Of a stretch of 64,000 nucleotides of DNA, positions 1 through 12,358 are shown piece by piece. The notes beneath the pieces were generated by a model that had not been told where the DNA came from, did not search any database, and saw only the letters and a list, made by a program, of their open reading frames with translations. Origin of the DNA: Octopus sinensis (lineage: Eukaryota); the NCBI RefSeq assembly GCF_006345805.1, contig NC_043013.1:4836001-4900000 (forward strand), given 5' to 3'. Made by a program: the position numbers and the translations under genes. The stretch's first letter is position 1. Every line of letters begins with the position of its first letter.

Positions 1-274
1 TCTCTCTCTTTTTCTCTTGCTGTTCCCTCTGGCTGGGTAGCTACATATCTCATCTACAGTAGCACACCTATTTCTGTCCTCATTCTTTGTTGTTTTCTCA
101 CTTAAAATCTCAGTATATACCAAACAACACAGGTATAAAAAGATGGTTGATTCTTAGAGTTGATAAAAAGGAATAAACATTCCAGAAGTTTTGAGACCTT
201 TTTTTTTGTCTTTTTAGGGGTGACAATTATAACTGTCTTAGATTATTGTAATTTTAATATATCATTACTATACG

Positions 275-528
275 TGCAGGTGGCACGTAAAATGCACCAA
301 TCCGATCGTGGCTGTTTGCCAGCCTCGCCTGGCACCAGTGCAGGTGGCACGTAAAAAGCACCCACTACACTCACAGAGTGGTTGGTGTTAGGAAGGGCAT
401 CCAGCTGTAGAAACATTGCCAGATAAGACCGGAGCCTGGTGCAGCCTTCTGGCTTCCCAGATCCCTGGTCGAACTGTCCAACCCATGCTAGCATGGAGAA
501 CGGACGTTAAACGATGATGATGATGATG
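275..528 (+). mobile_element. RTE LINE 3'-end copy
   Basis: Matches the 3' UTR of the 29375 element; (GAT)n tail. Confidence 0.82.
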
Positions 529-629
529 TAATAAGTTTACCTGCCAACATTTTTATTTCAGTTTGAAGGAACAGCTGTAATAGCACTTTGAACACACCCT
601 ACTAAACACTGCTTGTCACAGATGACTAG

Positions 630-1655
630 TTTGCAGAATGCTGTCAGGATGTGAAAGCAATTTGGAAGCTTGCTTTGCTATAAAGTTTTATGTTAAACTG
701 GGTAAAATCACTACAGAAACTTATGACTGCAAGCACCTGTTTTTCATTGGAACAAGAGGTTCAAGAGTGGTAGACAGGAGTTGAGAGAGGGTGAGAGGTG
801 TAGAAGGGAGGGGATGTCAGAACATCAAAACTGGTTGAAAAGATTTGAAATTTTCTGGATGAAACAGTCATGTGTCTCTAAAGACGATAAGCATACAATT
901 TGCAGTTGGTATGGTAACTGTACACTAAATCCTTCTCAAAGATCTGGATATGCACAAAACTTGTGCTTAAGTTTGTTCCCAGTGTGCTCAGTAATGAACA
1001 AAAGGAACGATGCATTAGTGGTAGCAGGGAAATGGTTGAGCTCAAATCCAAGAGTACTTGAGTCTCTGGTAAACCTGTGGCAGAAGTTAGATCTACTATT
1101 ATGATTCAGAAACCAAGGGACAGTGCCACAATGGCATTATCGTGGCTCCTCCAGATCCAAGTCCACTAGGAAGCTCAAGACACTCCCACTTTTTGACAGT
1201 AAGGTCATTATCTACATCCACTGAATTCCCTCTGGCCAGACAGTAAAGAAAGAGTACCTTGTGACAGTTTTGAGGGAGCTCAGGAAGAGATTTTGTCACA
1301 AATGATCTGAGCTCTTCCACTCAGGTCTGTGGAACCTGCACAGGACAATGCACCATTGCACAGTTCCATCCTGGTAACCAACTACTTGACAGAGATGGGC
1401 ATCAAAACTGTCCCTTACCCTCCCTACAGTCCAGGCATTGCTCGCTGTGACTTTTGGTGGTTCCCCAAACTGAAGAAGAACCTCAAGGGCAGTTATTTTG
1501 AAGACCTTGAGAAGATGGAGGGGGCTCACACCTTTCACTTAAAAGGACTTCCATGGGGCCTTCATGAAGTGCTACAACGAATGCATTTGAAGATTAGAGT
1601 ATTGTACTTCTTTGAAATTAATAAATGTCTCTCCTGAAAAGTCTCAAACCTTTGG
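630..1655 (+). mobile_element. Decayed mariner transposase relic
   Basis: Frameshifted pieces: AIKFYVKLGKITTETY, DNAPLHSS, PYPPYSPGIARCDFWWFPKLK. Confidence 0.8.
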
Positions 1656-1814
1656 TATATATCAATAGTTATGATTTTAAAATAATCACTGCAAAATGTA
1701 TATTTGAATTAAATTAAGTACTGAAAATTTTGGTGATTATTTTTGTTTTGTGGTTGAATGCATTTTGCTGTATATTCTTATATGACGTATATTTATATAT
1801 TTTTTCTTCTCTAG

Positions 1815-1997
1815 ATGAGATATCCAAATGATGATAAATTTCGTGGATTCAACAGCAAAGTTCAGTTATCTGGTCCCCATGTTCTGGAAGGCTTGCGTGA
1901 TATGATCGAAACAGAAAAAATTCAACACACACTTCCTGCTTACCTATCACAGCTGCTAATTCTTGGAAGAGACCATATAATTTTAGGATGCAGCTAA
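1815..1997 (+). CDS. CENPN: Terminal coding exon of a probable centromere protein N (CENP-N/Chl4) gene; upstream exons lie outside the window
   Basis: Polypyrimidine acceptor ttttcttctctag ends at 1814. The exon reads ...SKVQLSGPHVLEGLRDMIETEKIQHTLPAYLSQLLILGRDHIILGCS*, resembling the CENP-N C-terminus (human LIKFSSPHLLEALKSLAPAGIADAPLSPLL..NYF). AATAAA at 1996-2001. Confidence 0.68.
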   Translation: MRYPNDDKFRGFNSKVQLSGPHVLEGLRDMIETEKIQHTLPAYLSQLLILGRDHIILGCS

Positions 1998-2955
1998 TAA
2001 AGATGTTTGTAGCTATAAAACTATTAAACACACGCACACATACACGTACTTATAAAAAATGCATGTATACATATATACATGTGTGTGTGTGTCTGTCTGT
2101 GGGTAGATTGGTTTGTGTATTTCTACATACACATGTATGTATGTATCTGTGTGCATGTGTATATAAGTATGTGTAGGTGAGTATGTATCTATGTATCATC
2201 ATCATTTTAACATCTACTTTCTCTTGCTCGCATGGGTTGGATAGTGTTTATTGAAGCAGAACTTCTACATCTGGATACTCTTTCTCACCTGTTTCCAAGT
2301 CAAGTAATATTTCCCCATAGCCAAACGTGTTTTTAGCATAATGTTGGAAATGAATGTCATTCATTTACAACAATCATGCAATATCAAGACAAGGAGACAC
2401 ACACACACACACACACACACAGAAGGATTTGGTTGACCTAGGACTATAGCTGGAGACACTTGCCTAAGGTGCCTTACAGTGGGACTGAGTCCCAAACTCT
2501 ATGATTGGGAAACAAACTTCTTAGACACACCTGTGTATATGTGTGTGTGTGTATTTTTGTTCATTCACTTAAAAAATGAAATCTTCTTAAAAACAGCAAT
2601 GAGAAACTTGGAGTAAACTGAAAAAACAGGTTTATTGTTGTTCTTATATACACTTTGTGTATATACATTATATGGCAAAATAAAAGAAAAACATGAGACC
2701 TTGCTTATAAGATTTGTTATGTAATGAAAATTACTTTATTCAAGGCTTATTGTCAAATCATCAGAGATGTGTAACTTTTACATGTAACTTCATTGGATTG
2801 AAAAATGTTGACTGAATCCACCATCCCCATGACGGGGGAATTGCTGTCTCCATGATGGGGGAATTCTATCATCCAATAATGTTAAGTATAAAAAGGTTGT
2901 GCATCTCATGATTTGACAGCAAGACTTGATAATGTACTTTGCATTGTATAATTAA

Positions 2956-3458
2956 CTAGCAGTATCACCCGGCGTTGCTCAGGTTTGTAAGGGAAATAAC
3001 TATATAAGCATTTTTAGAGAGTTACTTCCCTTATAGATGCCAATTCGGGCTTTCTTAGCCATTTCTGTTTTGGTGTCTTCAAGCCATGAAGTTGTTGTTC
3101 TAAAAGAACGCTGGTCTCCTTGACAACGCATTACGACGTTGATTTCCTTAAACTCCCTTCCCCACAGCTTCACGAGGGAGGGGAGAAGCAAACACAGGTG
3201 CAGGTGTGAGCGTGGACGCCAACTCCGCCGCCGTCGACACACGAAATATTATGCATTAAAATGGAATAAAAAATTATGTTAAATTATTTTTAAAATCGTA
3301 GACTCATCGTAGACGCGCGCTAATAGTCAGACGGGCTCGATATTAATCACGACTATAAGATACCCGAATTTGGTTAAACTGCACCGCAAAATGTGGGAGT
3401 AAGGAATCTAAATCGAAGGGGACAGACACTCGCACAACTACAGTTTTATATATATAGA
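2956..3458 (-). mobile_element. Non-autonomous Helitron-type element
   Basis: Minus strand starts TCTATATATATAAAA and ends in a CCTGAGCAACGCCGGG hairpin followed by CTAG; inserted between A and T. Confidence 0.7.
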
Positions 3459-3944
3459 TAATGTCTCTATGTTAATGGATCATACATAAGATAGTGTACC
3501 TAAATATCTTTCAAACTATCTCTCGTTTTTGTTGTTTTCCACATATATTTAGTAGAACACTCAAACCCAGATTCCATACCAAGGGATACAATTACAATAC
3601 GTGAACAGGAATATAAATGGTGTTCTAAATACTGGTTATCTGTTAGAGAATTTAAGGCTTAAATTGCACGAGATGAATGTATATGTGTGTGTAATCATGC
3701 ACACACACACACCTTTTTATCTTTTACTTGTTTCGGTCATTTGACTGCAGCCATGCTGGGGCATCACCTTTGAAGTTTTAGTCAAACAAATCAACCACAG
3801 GAAATATTCTTAAGCCTAGTACATATTCTGTCAGTCTTTTTTGCCAAACTACTAAGTTATGAGGATGTAAGTGCACCAACACCGGTTGTTAAACAGTGAT
3901 GGAAGACAAACAGAGAGAGAAAAATGCACACAAATATATATACC

Positions 3945-4409
3945 TTCCTGCTTGGGACACAAAACTCTACTTGTGAAGACCTGTTGAGGCAAGTGAAAAT
4001 CAAAATCGAAATTGATCAACATCAATGGAATTTGTAGTTGTGGCCCGTAAGAGAACCATCCGAACGTGGCCGTAGCCAGCGTCGCATCACTTGGCCTCTG
4101 TGTCAGTGGCACGTAACAAACACCATCCGATCGTGGCCGTTGCCAGCCTCGCCTGGCCTCTGTGCTGGTGGCACGTAAAAAGCACCATCCGAGCGTGGCC
4201 GTTTGCCAGCCTCGTCTGGCATCTGTGTCGGTGGCACGTAAAAAGCACCCACTACACTCACGGAGTGGTTGGCGTTAGGAAGGGCATCCAGCTGTAGAAA
4301 CACTGCCAGATCTGACTGGGCCTGGTGCAGCCTTTGGGCTTCCCAGACCCCAGTTGAATCGTCCAACCCATGCTAGCATGGAAAGCGGATGTTAAATGAT
4401 GATGATGAT
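3945..4409 (+). mobile_element. RTE LINE 3'-end copy; another at 4775-4956
   Basis: Includes the gttgaggcaagtgaaaatcaaaatc segment of the RTE 3' UTR. Confidence 0.85.
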
Positions 4410-5252
4410 ATATATATATATATTTATGCATACATACAGTAGCCTTCTTTCAGTTCCCATCTACCAAATCCAGTTACAAGGCCAGCATGAGGCTATTGGA
4501 AACACTTGCCCAAGGTGCCACACAGTGTGACTGAACCTGGAATTATATGGTTGGGGAGCAATCTTCTTACCACACAGCCATGTCTGCACCTTTTTTAAAA
4601 AATCTATATACATGTGCAGCACTTTTTGTGTGGCAGATTTTCTACAGCCAGATACCCCTCCTGTCACCAGCCCCCACTGTTTCCAAGTGAGGGAGTGTTT
4701 TCCCTCCTCTTTGTTAGGAAGCACATGCACATACATGATGGTCGTGTTAGCCTACCAAATCTTTGGTCAGCCTGTTTGGCACGTAAAAAGCACCCACTAC
4801 ACTCGCGGAGTGGTTGGCGTTAGGAAGGGCATCCAGCTGTAGAAACTCTGCCAGATCAGACTGGAGCCTGGTGCAGCCCTTGGCTTCCCAGACCCCGGTC
4901 GAACCATCCAACCCGTGCTAGCGCGGAAAACGGACGTTAAACGATAATGATGATGACTATTTATATTCATAGATTGTATTTCCCATATTGTAATGAAACA
5001 CGTGTAACAATGAATTAAAATGATACCATATATTCCAATCTTTGTTTTAATGCATACTTGCTCTGCAAGCTCACCGGGTATCTCAATTTCATTGAAAATA
5101 AAACATCTACATACATACATTTTGATTACTGGAATACACAGATGTGCTTCACTAGGACACAGCTTGGATTATATCCCGTATTTTTATATATATATATATA
5201 TTATTTATCTATTTTTTCCGTGTTAATTGTTAACAAGGGAAAAATACACTCG

Positions 5253-5293
<41 letters not shown>

Positions 5294-5950
5294 TAGAAAA
5301 AAAACACCTTTTATCAATTCAATAATGAAAAATTAAATTATACCATTTAGAAAAATTACATATTATAGAAAGATTAAATATAAGTTAGAACATATAATGT
5401 ATATATTTGGTAGAATAACGACATGTATCGTGGCTATATTTAAGAAATGATAATAGTAAAAATAATAGTAGTAGTAAAATCCCATCAATATAAATATAGC
5501 CACTCTTCAGGTTAAAGATAACAACAATAATAAAATAATTAATTAGATAAATTAATATATGTAAATAATCTTGTAAAATACGAAATATCTTAACATATAT
5601 TCTTGTTTAAAAAATACGATACAATTAATTAAAATATTTAAAACAAATATATATATATATGAGATACAAAATATACAGAACCTTTTTAAAGTACTTATTT
5701 ATCTGGTGACATCATTAACTCATAACTTTTCAAGTCTACAGATACACAAATATTTTAAATTACAGGTAAAATTTTGATTGATATAAGCAGGTTTTGAATT
5801 AAAAGACTTAATAGGCAGGAGAAATAACAACGATGATGATATTAGAGTCTGGCATCCATTGTATAATTACTGTTGCATAGGAATTTTTTAAAATAAACTA
5901 TTGAAAAGAAATTACATCATATATTCCAATAAAGAAATTCATTACAACAT

Positions 5951-5956
5951 TTTATT
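5951..5956 (-). terminator. Candidate poly(A) signal of METTL25B
   Basis: AATAAA on the minus strand about 140 nt after the stop codon. Confidence 0.45.
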
Positions 5957-6094
5957 GAAAATGAAGAATATAAAGCTGTAAGTATCCGGCTGTGACCAAG
6001 AAAATTATAACTTTGGAATGTTCACCAAATACTAAATGATTACTTATAGCATTGTCCAGTATGTTTGACTGAGAAAATGATTATATAAACAACA

Positions 6095-6180
6095 TCAATG
6101 TAATGATTTTGCTGCAAGTAGTACGAAGTTTCTAGGTGACAGAAGCGGTTCAAATATTGGTACCAGAGCACAAGGTATAC
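6095..6180 (-). CDS. METTL25B: METTL25B exon 10, terminal (stop TGA 6097-6095)
   Basis: tgtctttcag|GIPCALVPIFEPLLSPRNFVLLAAKSLH*; family C-terminal PIFxxxxSPRN motif. The ten exons sum to 1941 nt = 646 aa plus stop. Confidence 0.93.
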
Positions 6181-6293
6181 CTGAAAGACAAAAAACAATG
6201 TTAAAACTGATATAAAAGATGGGATAAATCTATTGACAAATGTATATTAATATTTACAAAAATTGTTTTTAAAGCTGAAAACAAAATCTTTAA

Positions 6294-6503
6294 CCCTTTC
6301 GTTACCAACCGGCTCTGGCTCGGTAGTACAAATGTCTTGTTTTCATAAGGTTTTAATTAAAATCTTCCACCAAACCTTAGTCGCAATTTATGTTCTTAAC
6401 ACTAGCTGAATGATAACTAAGTTATTTTACTAAATTCTTTGTTATATTTAAAGTAATTGAAAGAAACACTGAGCATCTCAAAATAAATACAGTAATGAAA
6501 GGG
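6294..6503. mobile_element. piggyBac-type MITE
   Basis: TTAA|CCCTTTC...GAAAGGG|TTAA; opposite-orientation copy at 23529-23750. Confidence 0.8.
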
Positions 6504-7426
6504 TTAAATGTATTCTTTGAAAATAATATCCTAGTTACTTTCCAGAACTCATATTTTACATACATGACTATGACTTTTTAAAAAATTCTATGAATTCACC
6601 CTCTAAAGAAGAGGCTAGTTCTTAATTAAAAAGAAAGCTTAAACGTGAAAAAACATATTGAGTTACATCCTAAAATTTACAAAAGTTTTAAATATATTCA
6701 CTGTTCTGCTTACAGATTAAATTTGCACAATATGTGTTAGTCATTTCTTGATCTACAAATCCCAATGTTTCGAGATTATTACTTAAACATTCAGTAACAT
6801 GAGCAAGTATGCTAATGATTATGCAGACATATCACAATTTATAGAGTAATTCCTTGATAGATAGCATTTTAGAGTAGTTGCTAATTATATGTAAAAGTTT
6901 CCACACAATGTCACACATTCATTAATTTTAATTGCATTCTGTTGATCAACTTTTTCATTATTCATCAGGTATTTTATACCTGATGAATAATGTTCTTGAG
7001 TTGCAAAAGCATGTCTTTCAAAATGTGGTGATGTCATCCAAATATCTTATTTTGCATTGCAATTTGTAAACAACATTGTTGGTGACATATTTCCAATGGT
7101 GATATTTTCCAAAGGACTTTATTTGAAGAGGACTGGTTTTCCAGTTTTCTTGCTGTTCCTTATACACACACACACACTTACACAAATAGAGAGATAGACA
7201 AATATGATGTGCTTCTGCACAGTTCTATAAAAAAAAATGTCCACTCACACCATACTGGTCAACAAGGGGCTACAATAGCTAACACAGGTTCACATGGGAT
7301 ATCAACAGCTGCTGCTTCTTGAGGAATTCATTACTAAGTTACAACATTATTTGACTGATTTGTGTATTTCTGCTGATGATATAACAGGTACTGCCTGAGT
7401 GATACTTATACAACAGCCAAAGATAG

Positions 7427-7792
7427 CGAGTGGCTGTGTGGTAAGTAGCTTGCTAACCAACCACATGGTTCCGGGTTCAGTCCCACTGCGTGGCATCTTG
7501 GGCAAGTGTCTTCTGCTATAGCCTCGGGCCGACCAAAGCCTTGTGAGTGGATTTGGTAGACGGAAACTGAAAGAAGCCTGTCGTATATATGTATGTGTGT
7601 GTCCCTCTAGCATTGCTTGACAACCGATGCTGGTGTGTTTACGTCCCCGTCACTTAGCGGTTCGGCAAAAGAGACTGATAGAATAAGTACTGGGCTTACA
7701 AAAGAATAAGTCCCGGGATCGATTTGCTCGACTAAAGGCGGTGCTCCAGCAAGGCCGCAGTCAAAATGACTGAAACAAGTAAAAGAGAAAGA
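7427..7792 (+). mobile_element. tRNA-derived SINE family A
   Basis: A/B-box-like head (TGGCTGTGTGG, GGTTCAGTCCC), internal (TA/TG)n, tail ...GAAACAAGTAAAAGAG; many copies in the window. Confidence 0.85.
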
Positions 7793-7934
7793 GTACACAT
7801 GTGTTTACATACCTAAAATGAAATCAATCTCCATGTTTAACTCCATGGTTTGTTTCAAGACAAAAAGAATGACTTAGAAATGGTTATCTGCATAATCAGT
7901 TTCTCTTTGAGGTTTTGGGAAAACAAAAATTTAC

Positions 7935-8125
7935 CTGATTCCAAGATGTAAAGCATTCTATCAAGCAAGAGGAGCGTTTCAATCACAGGTGCAATAGAAA
8001 GACGTAAAGTGTAAAAACAAACTATATCTTTCCATCGATTTTCAGTTGCTTTGCACTGATCAATTATACCAGGAGGTACTTGTGATATGCTGAACCCAAG
8101 AGATTTTAAAGCTTTCTCCAAGTAC
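7935..8125 (-). CDS. METTL25B: METTL25B exon 9 (191 nt)
   Basis: ttttcttag|YLEKALKSLG...FYTLRLSIAPVIETLLLLDRMLYILES|GTAAAT. Confidence 0.93.
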
Positions 8126-8504
8126 CTAAGAAAATAAAGAATTAAATGTAAGATAGTATACCAAAATATTTTATAAAACTTTATTTTTATTAATTTAATA
8201 GTCGTGTCATAACACACCTCAATAGATTATATTATTTTTTATATGAAAATTTCTATTCAATTGATTCTTCTGGTTATTACTTATACAAAATGTATTTAAT
8301 ATCCTAGTGCTATGTTTGCTTTATTGCAAATGTAACCACTTTTCTTCACACGATGTTATTTTAGTTAAACAATTCAAGTCTGATATCATATCAGACTTGT
8401 TACAGATACTTCATCTTTTCCTTTGAAATAACAAAAGTTGGCAGGTTACCTTATTAAATGTATAGTAATGATATACTAAAATTACAATTACGTAGGACAT
8501 TTAT

Positions 8505-8715
8505 AGGTGCGTGGCTCAGTGGTTAGGGTGTTGGACTCGTGATCGTAAGGTTGTGGTTTTGATTCCTGGACTGGGTGATGTGTTGTGTTCTTGAGCAAAC
8601 ACATTATTTTCATGTTGCTGCAGTCCACTCAGATGGCAAAAATGAGTAATCCTGCAATAGACCAGCATCTCATCCAGGGGGAAATATATGCACAATGGAA
8701 ACTGACCCGAAAATA
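8505..8715 (+). mobile_element. tRNA-derived SINE (variant)
   Basis: TGGCTCAGTGG and TTTGATTCC boxes followed by a conserved gtgttcttgagcaa core. Confidence 0.6.
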
Positions 8716-8719
8716 TTAA

Positions 8720-9020
8720 TAATAATAATAATAATTGTGTACAGTGCTCAGGTGCACTACAACTCATCTAAAGTGTATATATAATCAGGTGTAGTTTCGA
8801 CGGATTTCGGAAAGCATGAGGGCCTTAAAGGATGCAGTGTCATGGCAGTCAACAACTGATGCAGGCAGTTTATTCCATGCTTCAGCAACTCTGAGCGTGA
8901 AGAAATGTTTCCGAATGTCATGGGAGCTGTGTTGTTTTCTGACTTTGTAGGCATGTCCACGTGTGTTAGACACATGGAGATCAAAAAGGTGTTCAGTGTT
9001 GTTGTTGGTGAGGTGGTTGA
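8720..9020 (-). mobile_element. CR1-clade LINE 3' fragment; copies at 15170-15570 (+) and 16290-16552 (-)
   Basis: TRGHAYKV..RKHFFTLRVAEAWNKLPASVV..FK C-terminal signature and an (ATT)n tail. Confidence 0.8.
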
Positions 9021-9063
9021 CCCTATGAGAGACTATATGAAAAATTTCTAAATGGAAACTTAC

Positions 9064-9196
9064 ACTTCAAATGATAAATTCTCCACATTTTTAATGGATA
9101 TTTTTATACAGCCATGTTTGAAAGTAGGCTGGATTGCTTTTACAACACACTGCAAAGATGCACGATACCAATGTCTACGAAGGCTTGGCTTATTCT
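9064..9196 (-). CDS. METTL25B: METTL25B exon 8 (133 nt)
   Basis: ttttcttttccag|ENKPSLRRHWYRASLQCVVKAIQP...LSFEV|GTAAGT; homologous to LRTHCYRAALE; phase 1 to 2. Confidence 0.92.
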
Positions 9197-9273
9197 CTGG
9201 AAAAGAAAAAAAATGTTATGGTATTAAAATTCATTCAGTGAAATTTAGAAAGCTGAATATGTATTTTTACATT

Positions 9274-9632
9274 GGGAGCACTCCGTCGGTTACGACGACG
9301 AGGGTTCCGGTTGATCCGAATCAACGTGCAAGTGGCTGAGCACTCCACAGACACATGTACCCTTAACGTAGTTCTCGGGGATATTCAGCGTGACACAGAG
9401 AGTGACAAGGCCAGCCCTTTGAAATACAGGTACAACAGAAACAGGAAGAAAGAGTGAGAGAAAGTTGGGGTGAAAGAGTACAGCAGGGATCACCACCATC
9501 CCCTGCCGGAGCCTCGTGGAGCTTTAGGTGTTTTCGCTCAATAAACACTCACAATGCCCGGTCTGGGAATCGAAACCGCGATCCTATGACCGCGAGTCCG
9601 CTGCCCTAACCACTGGGCCATTGCGCCTCCAC
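9274..9632 (-). mobile_element. tRNA-derived SINE family B with 11-bp TSD
   Basis: Head GTGGAGGCGCAATGGCCCAGTGG...GGTTTCGATTCCC; TSD atttttacatt at 9263-9273 and 9633-9643. Confidence 0.88.
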
Positions 9633-9682
9633 ATTTTTACATTATATTCATACTAACATACTATTATATCCTTGAGTTTGGA

Positions 9683-11260
9683 TGTAAACTACACTGTAAC
9701 AGTGTTATAACACTACAAAAACGAAATCAGTAACAAATATATAACAAACTTATATCTCTTCTCAACGACTTCTATGACTGCCTTCACAAATGCGGCTGCA
9801 CACACCACACTGTACATCACATCATCAGTACACATGCACCTTTATAAGGGTTAGGACAGTTCACTAGCTATCCCACAGGGGTGTCAGGATTTCATCACAT
9901 CTCCCCTTTTTGAGCTTGACTTTCCTTGGAAGTTAATATTTTTTTTTATTTATTGTATATTTATTACCACCCCAACTTTTTTTTTTACTTAATTCACTGG
10001 GGAAAAATTGGAATATTTTTTTCGTTTTGGCTCTACTTTCAAAAGTTCTCTTTGTTTTCTTTTCCTAGTTGATGTACTTGTTGGTTCGACTCCTCCTTGA
10101 GGTACGAGGACATCAAAAATGTCATAAAGAAATTCCATTGGCTCTTCATGTCTTAATCTTTCTTCTGTAAACAGTTTTTTCAGTTGGTTTAGGTGTCTCT
10201 TGTGTTCCCATGTATGACCATTTACCATGTACTTTATTTTTTGTAAACATTTACTTATTATACCTTATTCTCAACTTTCCTTTGCATTTCTGTATATTTT
10301 ACAAAAAACACCACGTCACCAATTTTGATGAGTTTTATCTAATTTTTGGTGTTTCTCTCCATTTTTTCTTTTCTTCCCGGTAGTAATTTGCCAAACACTG
10401 ACCTGACTTTCCTGGCAAACATTAGTTCAGCTGATGACATACCTGAAGTGATGTTGGGGTCAGGTGTTATTCGGTAGACATTTAAGAATTGTGTCAATGC
10501 AGTATCCGTTAGTAGCTCCTTCCTAGATTTTTTCAGTGCCCTCTTAAACGTGTCTACAAAACGTTCCACTAGTCCATTCAATCTCGGATGGTATGGCAAG
10601 TAGTAATATGCTCCATTGCATGCATTTTGCAAAAGTTTTTAAATTCCTTCAACATGAACTGTGTTCTGTTATCAGACACTGTAGCGTCTGGGATGCCTAT
10701 CATGCAAAAAGTTCCTTCAGTAATTCCATTGTTACTTTGGAGGTTGGCTTCCTGCATTTACATATTTCCGGTCATTTCACATAACTATCCAAAATTATCA
10801 GATGATGCCCTCCATTTAATCGTCCTGCAGAGTTTATGTGTAACCTGGACCAAGGTATGTTAGTCTTGGGCTAAGGTTGAATTTTTATAGGTGGCGCTTT
10901 TGCAGCCAGGGCACAACCCCTGCAGGCTTTCATCAATTTTTCAATATCCTGATTAATATTCAGCCAGTAAACATGGCTCCTCATCAGCGCTTTCATTTTC
11001 GCGATTCCTGGATGTCCCATGTGGAATTCTTTCAGCATACGATTTTGCAAAGAAACAAGCATTACAACCCGCTGAGCATAGATAAGTACGTCATCACATA
11101 CTGAATATTATTTCAAAACAGTGTTACACTCGGCTACATGAGTTTTTGTATTCATTTCTGACTTCATAATTTTTTTCATTTTTATTATGAACACATCCTT
11201 CTCTGCTTTAATTTTTATTTCCTTTGAGAAGACTTATTGAGCCGAGTACATGAACATCAA
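9683..11260 (-). mobile_element. Gypsy/Ty3 3' relic: integrase pieces, PPT and putative 3' LTR (9683-9899)
   Basis: HMGHPGIAKMKALMRSHVYW..CRGC zinc-binding motif, YHPRLNGLVERFVDTFKRAL, KRHLNQL; PPT AAAAAGGGGAGA followed by TGTGA...TTACA. Confidence 0.82.
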
Positions 11261-11688
11261 AATAAATATCAATGGAAATAGTAGTTGTGATATCTGTGCC
11301 GGTGGCACATAAAAAGCACCATCTGAACGTGGCTGATGCCAGTGCCGCCTTGACTGGCTTCTGTGCCGGTGGCACGTAAAAAGTACCATCCGAACGTGGC
11401 CAATGCCAGCGCCGCCTTGATTGGCTTCCGTGCCGGTGGCACGTTAAAAGCACCAATCCGATCATAGCCGCTGCCAGACATCCCTGGCACCTGTGCCGGT
11501 GGCACGTAAAAAGCACCCACTACACTCACAGAGTGGTTGGCTTTAGGAAGGGCATCCAGCTGTAGAAACACTGCCAGATCAGACTGGAGCCTGGTGCGGC
11601 CTCCTGGCTTCCCAGACCCTGGTCGAACCGTCCAACCCGTGCTCGCGCGGAAAACGGGCGTTAAACGATGATGATGATGATGATGATG
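11250..11688 (+). mobile_element. RTE LINE 3'-end copy
   Basis: Three about 65-bp tandem units plus tail. Confidence 0.85.
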
Positions 11689-12114
11689 AAAGTGACAGAC
11701 AGTTTGCATACTACATTGCAGAGTATATTTTTTATTTCGATTTCAGCTTTTAATTCTGCTATTCCTGTGTCCTCTAAAATGTTCATTGCATTTGGGTATC
11801 AATCTTGACAGCCCATCCACATGTCCCAGTTTTTACAATGGTAGAAATTCCATCTTCAAATCATAATTTAGCAGGATCGTCCCCCAGCGCTGCAATCGGT
11901 TGGCTGTATGTGTGGGGATATCCCTTTATCAATCTGTACACGTGGCAGAGGAGGGGAGATTACTGGAGCAAAAAAAGGGGAAGTGAAGAGCAGCAGAAGA
12001 GTAATAATGATTACAATAGAAAGAGTAATGGAAATGAGAGAGAGAGAGATAGAAAGAGAAATGATGTGATTAGGTAGATTGCAAAAATGGGGTGGGGGGA
12101 AGCAAGCATAGTAA

Positions 12115-12358
12115 ATCATCATCATCATCATCGTTGAACGTCCGCTTTTCATGCTGGCATGGGTTGGCCGGTTCAACTGGGGTCTGGGAAGCCAGAAGGT
12201 TGCATCAGGCCCAGTCTGATCTGGCAGTGTTTCTACGGCTGGATGCCCTTCCTAACGCCAACCACTCCATGAGTGTAGTGGGTGCTTTTCACGTGCCACC
12301 TGCACAGGTGCCAGACGAGGCTGGCAAACGACCACGATCGGATGGTGCTTTTTATGTG
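12115..12358 (-). mobile_element. RTE LINE 3'-end copy
   Basis: Reverse orientation. Confidence 0.85.

Noticed and set aside
5290-5800. Very AT-rich block downstream of METTL25B, possibly a Penelope or other repeat terminus
   Set aside because: No diagnostic motif, ribozyme core or second copy in the window.
9555-9632. tRNA-like sequences (also 51427-51503 and the heads of SINE A and C)
   Set aside because: A/B boxes are present but run into SINE bodies with TSDs, and no complete cloverleaf was found; these are SINE heads, not tRNA genes.
11290-11520. Repeat-spacer-like array (GGTGGCACGTAAAAAGCACC every about 65 bp) resembling CRISPR
   Set aside because: Spacers are homologous to each other, the array is the 3' UTR of an RTE LINE, the context is eukaryotic and there are no cas genes.
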